This document shows positions 54,027-64,000 of a stretch of DNA of 64,000 bases, one piece after another. Numbering within the stretch: position 1 is the stretch's first letter; each line of letters opens with the position of its first letter. The notes beneath the pieces are model-generated. The model saw nothing but the letters and a program-made list of their open reading frames with translations, was not told the origin of the DNA and did not search any database. The position numbers and the translations under genes were made by a program. The DNA lies in the NCBI GenBank assembly GCA_043228905.1, contig JBHGNT010000003.1, positions 7,068,001 to 7,132,000 of the forward strand, given 5' to 3'. The DNA comes from Azolla caroliniana (lineage: Eukaryota; Plantae; Polypodiophyta).

Positions 54027-54553
54027 GAAGAATTGTTGGCTTTGCGAATTCAACAATTAGAGCGTGGGCCTGAAGATGTCGAATTAGCAGCACAACGATT
54101 GGAGGCTTGATTGAAGAATAAAATTTGTTTTGATAAAACTCACAGAATTCAACATAAGAAGATAGAAGAAGGGGATTGGGTGCTTGTGTATGATAGCAGT
54201 TTAGATAATCAACATAGCACTGTCCGCAAGTTCGGTAACAGGATATATGCCAGCTGAATTGATACTTGGCCAAAAACCCATCATGCCAATAGAAGGATCA
54301 ATTATGTCATGGACATCTATTCCATGGAGAGAAGAGTTGAGCTGAGAAGAATTGTTGGCTTTGCGAATTCAACAATTAGAGCGTTGGCCTGAAGATGTCG
54401 AATTAGCAGCACAACGATTGGAGGCTTGATTGAAGAATAAAATTTGTTTTGATAAAACTCACAGAATTCAACATAAGAAGATAGAAGAAGGGGATTGGGT
54501 GCTTGTGTATGATAGCAGTTTAGATAATCAACATAGCATTGTCCGCAAGTTCG
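53910..54553 (+). repeat. 319-bp tandem duplication in the Gypsy B integrase C-terminus
   Basis: AGTTCG at 53910, 54229 and 54548 bounds two near-identical copies. Confidence 0.92.
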
Positions 54554-54893
54554 CTGAAAGCTGGTTTGGGCCTTATATCGTAAGAAAAGTATATGATAAC
54601 TTTACTTATAAGCTTAGTGAATTGGATGGGACACTAATCCTAAACGTGGTAGCTAGAAAGAGGATAAAAGTATTTAAGAAAAGGTTTGAGCTTGAACCTC
54701 CTCCAATAGATCAACATGAAGATGAAAGATAGTGGCACATGCTGGAGGATGTGCAGGTCTAGAGGGGGTGGGGTGGATGTCATGAAGTAAAAAAGCTTCA
54801 CATTAAAAGTCTACAATAAGATAAATACGTAACTAAAATAAAATTTGATAATGTTAACAACGCATATGATAATATTATATATATGTAAAGAAA

Positions 54894-54942
<49 letters not shown>

Positions 54943-57900
54943 TAAATACATTATATTACACGAACAAGAGAGGACTTGAACGAATAACCCCGCCCTATGA
55001 CTTTCAAATCTTACCATTTACTCTATACTAATAATATATATAAGATAAAGGATTTGCTTCATGAAATAAAAACGACGTTACATGTTGTATTCAATAATAT
55101 TTGAGAGACTCGAACCCACAACCTCATATACCAAAGTCAACACACGTACTATATTTTCATGTTGATTCTTACGCCATATATTTTTTCATACATGAAAGCT
55201 CAAATGAGCGAGATGCCTATCATGCATCACATGTAATGCAAGAATTATAAATCTCTTTTATTCATTCAAATATCATTCAATATCCTATCTTGTCATATCT
55301 TGTTGATCTCTATTTACTCTATCTCTACACTTTCGTCTCTTCCGTCCATAATCCCAGTGATTCCTTCCTCACTTTCACGATATCTTTTGTCTACGCAACG
55401 CTACGCTTCTAGACGTTTTGACTTCTTCAGTCCTACCGAAATTGAATTCCTCATCTGATTCGGTTTTTTGGACTTCATCTCTCTCCTTTTTGGTTTCACT
55501 CCCCCTCAAGTTTGGCATGTCAAGATGTTGTAAGCCAAGCATAGTCGAAAAATGTCGCAACTTGTCAACGCCAAGACGTTTCGTGCAACTTGCTGATCAA
55601 TCGAAACATACACAATCCGACTTCACTAGAGAGGACTCGCTCACGGATGAAATGATAGTGCACCTTGATGTGCTTGGTTCAGGCATGGAAGACAAGGTTC
55701 TTCACAAGTTGGATGTTGCTGAGGTTGTCACAATATATCATTGTCGTTTTAGACACCTCCACCTACAGATCCTTCAATAGCCTTTTGAGCCAAATAGCTT
55801 CACATGTAGTGACTACGATACTCAACACTAGTGCTCGACAGTGCCACTATCAACTGCTTCTTGCTGCGATTTGGATGTTGACCTATGATCGCCGGCATTT
55901 CTTGCCCAATCGCCATCCATGTAGCCAACTAATTCCTCGGCTACTCCTGCCCGATACAACAACGCCCTATCCTTACTACCGCTAACATATCGCAATATCC
56001 TTTGCGCGCGTTGAAGGTGTTCAGCCTTTGGCTGTGACATGAATTGATTGATCACGCCGACCGACCGGGTAACTAAGGTCCGGTTAAGTGTTCGTCAAAT
56101 AGATGAGGCTTCCGACAATTTGTCAAAACCATGTCGGGTCTCACGTTGTTCCCGAATTTTGGCGAAGCTTCACGTTTTTGTGCAGAGGGGTTGAGACGGA
56201 TTTGTAATCCGTCATCCCGAACTTGAAGAGCATATTCAACACCTAATGTTGTTCGCTAATCAATATGCCTTCGGGGGTTCGGATCACTTCGATCCCGAGG
56301 AAGTAATGAAGGTCCCCCGGATCCTTCATTTCGAATGATGCCGCAAGCTGAGACTTGCCTTGACTCGACCGATTTTTCCAAGGTCAGCACCGGCGATGAC
56401 TAAATCATCAACATATGGCAGAATGCTAATCGGTCCAATCTAACTCAGCCGAATGAACAATGAAGAGTCCGATTTTGATGGAGCAAACCTCATCTTACGT
56501 AGTCGTTGCATGATCTTTGTGTTCTAGGCACATAGGGCTTGCTTAAGTCCATACAATGACTTCAATCGGCAAACTATCGATGTGTTCTATTCGGATAGAA
56601 ATATGGGGGGTTGTACCATGTACACCTATTCCTCAAGCTCGCCTTGCAGGAACACGTTCTTTACATCCATCTAATGTAAATGCCACCCCTTTGTCGTTGC
56701 TACCGCTAGCAAAACACAGACACTGGTCATAATCGATACTATGTTTCTGTGCATAGCCCTTGGCCACCAATCGAGGCTTATATCGGTTGACGGAGTCGTC
56801 GATGTTGTACTTGACTTTGTACACCCACATGCATCCGATCGGCTTCATAGCCTTGGGGGCGTCAACCAAGTCCCAAGTCTCGTTTTCCGATAATGCTCGC
56901 ATATGTTCCTCCATGGATTTCCGCCAATTGGCGTCCTTCGCCACTTCTACTTAGCTCTTTGGCTCATGCCTATCAGCCACCTTCGCCATATACACATAAT
57001 GATGCGCCATATACTCCTACCATATTACAGGATTCTTCTGACGGGTGGATCGACGTAACTTCTGGTTCGTCGATTTCATGGCCCTCTTAGCCAACTTCGA
57101 CCCCGTTTTTGGAGGTCCTTCCTTGTTTCTGACCTCATTGGATTCACTTCGATCCGATGTTTCGGCCTCAATGTTGTATTCCGGTGTCATGAAGAAAACC
57201 AACCTGAAGAGGAATCGAGAAACCTCGACCGCGCCGTAGTGTACGCATCCAAGCATGCGCGCATGCGCACACACGCGTCCGTCCGAAACTTGCACACGTG
57301 CGTACATCCGAAGACGTCCATGCGCGCGTACGTCCGAAAACGTCCACGCGACCATGCACACGCATGTACGCCCGAAGCGTTAACACAATCATGCAAACAC
57401 GCGTATGCCCGAAGTGTGCACACCACACAGTGTAGCCCAAGTCACCTTGAACATTCTGTGTTCCACACATTGATAAAATGAATATATTTTGGTTTCCCTT
57501 ATATATTCTGGGTTCCAATGTTGTCATATCTATGTGGGATATCTCACAGTTTTGTCTTTTCTTTTCTTTTCTTCAAACTTCACACTCACATAACTTGATA
57601 CTCGTTTATCCGTTTTATGTGTAGTAAAATACGCTATGAAGCTCTTGAACACATCTATATTTCCATATCAATATATTAAGCTAATAGTAAATAATTATTT
57701 TACTAGTTTTCATATCGTGTGTGAAAAACCACATGACATTCACCCCCACCAAACCTGCACATCCACCGGTATGTGCCAATTGTGGTGAGGTTCCTCTTTT
57801 TTAATTACTCTTCTTCAACGTCGATGTTCGAGGATACATTAGCTAGAGCTTCGATCTCAAGATTTGGGGTCTCTCTTCTCTTAAAGATCTTGATCCTCTT

Positions 57901-60900
57901 CCCTGCTATTGGCAAAGCAAGTTGAGTTCCATCTAACTCCGCTAAAAAATAAGTTGCATTGCTTTCTATTTTCTTGACCATATACGGGCCAAACCACCGT
58001 TTTGTGAACTTTCGAGTAGTGCTATATTGATTATCGAGACTACTATCATAGACAAGAACCCAATCTCCTTCTTCAATTTTTCTTTGTCGAAGACGATGCT
58101 TTCTATCAAAATTCTCCTTGTTCTTCAATCGAGCTTGGCGCAACCGTTCTATTGCCAACTCTACATCTTCGGGCCTTCGTTCTAATTGTTGAATCCTCGT
58201 GGCTAGCAAGTCTTCCTGACTCATTTCCTCTTGCCATGGCCAAGATGTCCACGAAGCAACACTTTGCTCAATAGGCATTATTGGTTTTTGTCCTAATATG
58301 AGTTCGGCGGGCATATATCCTGTAGTCGTGCTATGTGTAGTTCTATCTGCCCACAATGCATAAGGTAGTAATCGTGGCCAATTTCCCATCTTGCCGTCGC
58401 AAGTCTTTGCTAGAGCTTTTACAATTGGACTATGTCCTCGTTCCACCTTCCCATTTGCGTCCGGGTTGTATGCCATGGTGAGCGATAATTTGACGCCTAT
58501 TCTTGAAAAGAACTCTTTAGCTTCATTCACATCTAATTCTCCCCTATCGGCTACTATTTTGCCGACACATCCGTATCGACAAATAACATCTTCAAGGAGA
58601 AACTTATAAATGACCGAAGTTGTTTTATTCCTTAGCGCCCATCCTTCTACTTGGTTGGTGAGATCCTCTCTTGCTAGCACGAGATATTTCATTTGCCCCA
58701 ATCCCATTGGCATAACCACTATGTCTATCAACCACTTATAGTGCATTGATAATGGATATGTCGGATGAAGTTCATCCCTATGTTGAATATTCGAGTATAA
58801 TTGGCATTGCTCACATGTTTCAACATAGCTTGCTACATCTTTGTAAACACCCGGCCACCAATACTTCTCCTTGAGCTTTGCAAATGTTGCCCATATACCA
58901 CGATGACCTGCCCACACACTATCATGAAATTCAACAATTAGTGTTTGTTGATCTTGTTTCTTGCACACCACTCGAAGTGGAGTTCCATTCCTCTTCTTCG
59001 GAAACTTCCATAGATGTCCTTCTTTGAGGAAGAACTTGTAGGCCTTCTTCCTAATTCGGTAGAAGTCTTCCTTTGACCATGATTCATCTTTTGTAAGAGA
59101 GCTTAAGTATTTGCCAATTTCGATGAATTCACCCTCATAATCTTCTACTTTGAACACTGCTAGCACCCGAGCACAAGAAACCGTAAAGAAGTTTAGGCCA
59201 ACATCCTCTTCGTCAGGGTGCAAATCTTCTTCACCCTCATACCTCGCCCTTGAAAACATATCGGCCACCACATTATGCTTTCCATTTATATGCCGAATCT
59301 CGGGGTTGAGGGACTTGATATAGGCAATCCATCGCAACATAGCAATATCCGGTGTAGCACAACCAGATATCATTCGATGGTGTCGTTAAATGAGGCTTCC
59401 TCTAGAATATGAGACACAAATTCTTCTTCTTCGATTATGCTTTCTTCTTTCATCATCTTCTCGAAGTCTTGTATCCAACGCTTGTCCTTCTTGTTGAGTA
59501 GTGTTAGTTTACATGCGCCACTAGGTGTCACACATGTTGCTTCTCCTTGCGATCCACTTATTTCGCTTCCTTGTGGGGACTTATGATTGCTCGGACTATT
59601 TGTGCCCCACGCTTCAATAGTCCGCTCTAAAAATCAGAGGATTCGCCTCCAAGGCTATCTCGGTTCCTTTCGTGATTAGCATGCACCGTAAGGAATTGAA
59701 CAGACCTTTGATTGTCAAGGCTCTTGACTCGCGCGAAGGCTGCTCCATTATCGAACACCTTAGTCTCCATCCGGGACGATGTGATATATGGTTGTCCTAG
59801 GATGACAAGATGTGAAGCCGAGTCTTGCACGAAGAAGTGTTGATCCATCTCCACATCTCCGATTGTGACTTTAACATTGGGGCAAGCTCCGTACAAGTCT
59901 TCCGTGGCCTTCGTTGCCGCTCGTATCTTCCATCCGTGGTTTGTGTTGATCAGCCATCTTCCTTTCTTGTAGAATTCAGTCGACATGAGGTTGATCTCCG
60001 AACCATGGTCAATCAAGGCTACCACGGTCTCCTTCTTCTCTCCGATCTTCACCGGCGTCTCCGTTGTCGCTCTTGCTCAATGAGGCCGAGAGTAATGGTT
60101 GTCCGCCATCACTTCTTCTTCCTCCTCCTCTTCGGATCTTGCCATGGTTATGGCACTTGTTTTCACCTCTTCTTCATCTAATTATTGCCGCTTCTGCTTA
60201 ATCAAGTCCACGATAGTATCGTGGAACTCCTTCTTAGCGATCCCAAGTAGCTCTCTCAAAGTAAGGTCGACATGACTGTCTAAAACCTTCTCCTCAAGGA
60301 CCTTCTGCAAGTTGGTTGTTTGTTCTATGTCCGATCTTAGCTTGTAAGTTGGCGCCACTCATTCCTTTCCTTTCTTCACAGATTCATCGACTTCCATCCG
60401 AGAAGGTTGGCTCGATCCACCGGCCTTCATGCTTGTTTCTCCTATCTCTTTTCGTGGCGTAGGTTGGGCTTGTCCTTCTTTCCCTGCATTCCTTGTATTG
60501 TGACTCTTTGAGGTGCCATCTTCTTCATTGGTTCTTTTCCTCTTCTCTTCGACAAGAGCCTCATAGTTGTCGCACACAACCTCCGCAAAACTTTTGTTAT
60601 CATCGACTGGATCCGACCATCCGATAACTCGTTGCACATTCCGATCAGCATGCTTTAGATCCTCCAAATCTATTTTTCCTTTCTTTTCACACTCGAATAC
60701 CGTTGGCCAAAACCCAACTCCCGGCTTGATAGTCTTTAGATTCTCTCTTCCGACTCGTATTCCCGCCGATGCGGCGTAGTGCATGGCTTCCACATGCCTT
60801 GCATCTTCCTCTTCCACGATCTTTTTCAGCCCGCCTCTTCCGAAGTTCACTTGTAGTGGCTTTCGGGTCTCGCTCAAGTGAATCATGTTGCCATCCAAAT

Positions 60901-61033
60901 AGACGACATTCTTGCGAATCGCGTCTTGCAAGTCAGTGCACTCCCTTCGCGAGTGCTTGAAGCTGTCGCACCACACACATCTATACGCTTCTTTTCCCTT
61001 GGGCCCGCGTCGACCTAAGTTGGCCAACGATAC

Positions 61034-61346
61034 CACTTCAAACTTCCTGGAGAGCTCTTCGATTATGGATTCTTCCATCGCTTTCTTGTCAAAATTGTTG
61101 ATTGGCTTGCTAGGCTTGATCATCATAGGCGCCTTCCTCCTCCACGATTGTGGATTCTCCATATCAGTTTCCTCTTGCCATTGTCGACACTTCAAACTTC
61201 TTGGAGAGCTCTTCGATTATGGATTCTTCCATCGCTTTCTTGTCGAAATTGTTGATCGGCTTGCTAGGCTCGATCATCATAGGCAACTTCCTCCTCCACG
61301 ATTGTGGATTCTCCATATCAGTTTCCTCTTGCCATTGTCGACACTT
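61034..61346 (-). repeat. 154-bp tandem duplication in Gypsy D gag (frameshifting)
   Basis: CACTT at 61034, 61188 and 61342 bounds two copies of the CRQWQEETDMENPQSWRRK..EELS(R/K)KFEV coding segment. Confidence 0.9.
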
Positions 61347-62454
61347 GTCAAGACGGCTACAAGCCTTCTTCACCATCGCCCAGTTCGCTACCAAGCCATT
61401 CGGTTGTGTTTCGTCCTCCAAAAAGTTGCCCAATTCTCGCCGATCTTTCGCATCCACTGCCTTCAGGAATAGTAGGACTTTATCTCCATCGAGAACTCGT
61501 TGATCAACACTCGGAAGTCGGTTGTACTTTTGGTCGAATTCCGCATATACTCCAGACGCACACATATTCTTCCCTTTCTTCTCGATCCACGTCATGAGCG
61601 TATGTCGAGTCATCCGTGACGTGTCTTCAAGCATGTATGCAATAAGAAGCGCCTTTTCGAACTCCACCCAAGTTGCATGGTTGTTTTGGATGTCCATGAC
61701 GCGCTCGCGGATCCCTGGTTCCACCACACGTTTGAAGCTAGAAATTTGTTTGAGATCATTGACATCCCTTTGTTGCATCTCGTTCCGATAGGTAGCAAGA
61801 TAATCCGTGATGTTCTTGCCACCAAATCGTCCAGCTATCTCGATCGTACGATCTACAACTTTGTCAATTAAAGCTTCTCGATCTCTCACCTTCAACATGT
61901 ATTCCACTACGGACACCATCCCTTTCGTTAATTCCTCTCCTTGAGTTCTGTTTGTGGAAGCTATCGTTGCACTTGATATCCTCCCTACCGCCTCTTTCAC
62001 GTCGGGTTCACCACTTAATTATGTCGTGAAAATCCGTCACTATGTGCGGATCGTGAGACGGAACCGTCGGGGTTCTAGACTAGAAGGATTTAGTGCAACA
62101 TGTACAACACAAGCAAGTTTTAAGCATAAGACAAGTGGGAGAGACAAATCATTAGTTTATTGCAAAAGAAAATCGATTCTTTATAATTTCAGAATCGTGT
62201 TACAATGGGTTGGGTATGGAAATGAGAGATTAATTTTTCAAAGGAAGGAGCCAACAACCATGCAAGGAGTGGTTCGATATGAATACAAGAGATAATTTTT
62301 GACAAGAAAGATCAAGTAAACAAAGCTAGAAGTTTGATATCAATATGTGAGATAATTTGTTTCTCGAATCCGAGAGGGAAGAAGAAAGAAGGAAAAAAAA
62401 AAAAACTAGGAGGGAAAAAATGGGACATATATCGAGCTCCTTGTTGATCCTCCT

Positions 62455-62600
62455 CCCCAATGTTACTTTGCATGCCCACTTTTAGTTGGATGGCCTCTAT
62501 TTTTAGTTGCATGGCCTCTGCTTTTAGTTGCATGCTTCCATTTTTAGATGCATGCCTTTTACTTTTAGTTGCATGGCCTTGGCTTTTGGTTGCATGCGAC
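62455..62600. repeat. 21-bp tandem repeat in the Gypsy D LTR
   Basis: TTTTAGTTGCATG(G/C)C.. repeated about six times. Confidence 0.8.
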
Positions 62601-62639
62601 TGTCTGTATAATTCGGCCAAATGACACAATCATCCATAA

Positions 62640-63335
62640 AGTTTAGCCCGTGCACAATCCGTACATACGTCGCAACCAAACCGTAGACGCGTCCGCGCGC
62701 AAAAGTCTCGACCGCGTAGTGTACACATCCACGTGCGCGCGCGTCCAACCCGCACCGTGTATGCATCCGCGGGCAAAAGTCTCGACCGCGCCGTAGTGTA
62801 CGCATCCATGCATGCGCACACACACGTCCATCTGAAACGTCCACGCGTACGCCCGAAACTTGCACACGCGTGTACATCCAAAGACATCCATGCGCGCGTA
62901 CGTCCGAAAACGTCCATGCGGCCAGCACACGCGCGTACGCCCGAAACTTGCACACACGCGTACATCCAAAGACGTCCATGCGCGCGTACGTCCGAAAACG
63001 TCCATGCGGCCATGCACACCGCATCCACACGCGTGCACGTCCAACCCGCACTGTGTACGCATCCGTGCGCAAAAGTCTCGACCGCGCCGTAGTGTACGCA
63101 TCTGCGCATGCGCACACACGCGTCCATCCGAAACGTCCATGCGTACGCCCGAAACTTGCACACGCGCGTACATCCGAAGACGTCCATGCGCGCGTACGTC
63201 TGAAAACGTCCACGCGGCTAGCACACACGCGTACGTCCGAAACTTGCACACACGCATACATCTGAAGACGTCCATGCACGCGTACGTCTGAAGCGTTAAC
63301 ACAGTCGTGCATACACGCGTATGCCTAAAGCATGC
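62640..63335. repeat. CpG-rich alternating purine-pyrimidine array in the Gypsy D LTR (partial copy at 57223-57425)
   Basis: Repeats of CGCGTACGCCCGAAACTTGCACACGCGTACATCCGAAGACGTCCATGCGCGCGTACGTCCGAAAACGTCCA. Confidence 0.9.
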
Positions 63336-63450
63336 ACACCACACAATGTAGCCCAAGTCATCTTGAACATTCTGTGCTCCAGACATTGATAGAATGAATA
63401 TGTTTTGGTTTCCCCTATATATTTTGGGTTCCAATGTTGTCCACACGACA

Positions 63451-64000
63451 ACGGCTTCTCGAGAGGTACGAGCTTGATGATGCGCTTCGGTTATTAAAGC
63501 GGGACTTCTTGGAGTGGGTGGAAACCCCCGGGAAGGGGAGGAATGCGTTGGCGCTCCTCCGGGAGTTCGAGGAACTCTTCGCACGGCTCTCAACGTTGGA
63601 CAGGACTGTGCTGGACACGAGCCATATCCTATTGTTTGTCAAATCGGTGGACGTGCGGGATAGGGGCCAGGTGGGTCTCCTGTTGGAGACAAATGATGGG
63701 TTGATGACCGACTGGGCCGTGGTCAAAGGGATCTACAACCGCTTCGACAAACGACGAGAGTGGGGCGACGAGAAGTCCTCGGCGACGGGACCCACCTCGG
63801 CAAGGAAGTTCGACGAGCCTTCGCCGGCACGAAGGGAGGAAGCCCAGGATTGGATTGAAACTGGCCTAGCGTCGACCGGCGCGGCTCTTGAGGAGCTGAC
63901 ACAAATAGTGCGCGACCTGCAGATCGCACAGGCTCGGAGAGACAGTGGAGGGCAGCCACGCTATCGCGTTGTTACGCGCATGCGTGGAGAACAAGGCGGA
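63451..64000 (+). mobile_element. gag of a third related Gypsy element F, open to the window end; 57185-57222 may be its LTR start
   Basis: Frame from 63452 reads RLLERYELDDALRLLKRDFLEWVETPGKG..ILLFVKSVDVRDRGQVGLLLE..GLMTDWAVVKG, homologous to gag of B and D; absent from the ORF track because it has no stop in the window. Confidence 0.8.

Larger units (their letters stand above)
39723..55412 (+). mobile_element. Gypsy element B, tRNA-Trp PBS, interrupted by Copia C
   Basis: 5' LTR 39723-40685 (TGTCGTGA..TCACGACA); PBS TGGTGAACCTGACGTGA 40691-40707; gag 40753-41361; protease end 50855-50953; RT-RNaseH-integrase about 51000-54732; PPT 54761-54777; 3' LTR 54778-55412 with internal and terminal deletions. 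Confidence 0.9.
39391..57184 (-). mobile_element. Copia element A (old, outermost), surviving as 39391-39722 and 55413-57184; split by Gypsy B
   Basis: 3' LTR about 39391-39613 (left end uncertain) with PPT at 39614-39621; decayed RT/RNaseH at 55500-57000 (ENETWDLV..KPIGCMWVYKVK..RLVAKGYAQ; LRYVSG..; QHLDMPNLRGS). Confidence 0.75.
57223..63450 (-). mobile_element. Gypsy element D, tRNA-Trp PBS, RT/RNaseH deleted
   Basis: 5' LTR 62022-63450 (TGTCGTG..TCACGACA on minus strand); PBS 61997-62013; gag 60359-62000 with CVWCDSFKHSRREC; protease LIDHGSEIN 59627-60052; integrase 57805-59373; PPT 57739-57750; truncated 3' LTR 57223-57738. Confidence 0.88.

Noticed and set aside
62524-63593. Long Cys/Arg/Val-rich ORFs on both strands
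   Set aside because: Artefact of the stop-free CpG-rich LTR array

Overview
Eukaryotic, AT-rich, intron-containing land-plant DNA; the transposon set suggests a seed-free plant such as a fern or lycophyte (inference). The first ~39 kb holds four spliced genes: the 3' part of a DUF3754 gene (+), a probably plastid-targeted alpha/beta-hydrolase (+), a DUF688-type disordered protein (+) and UTP15/SWA1 (-). Between them are a TG..CA MITE with a 5-bp TSD, an RTEX-like LINE inside a (GA)n tract, a hAT MITE with an 8-bp TSD and a degenerate L1. From ~39.4 kb to the window end is one nested retrotransposon block: three Copia elements (A, C, E), three related Gypsy elements (B, D, F; B and D have a tRNA-Trp PBS) and a SINE. 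The least expected signals are strong CCGG enrichment in the Copia elements, Gypsy insertions at (N)CGG sites, a Copia family with two PPTs bracketing a conserved acidic extension, and tRNA-like Pol III modules inside an LTR and a SINE. All exon and element boundaries were read by eye, without alignment tools.
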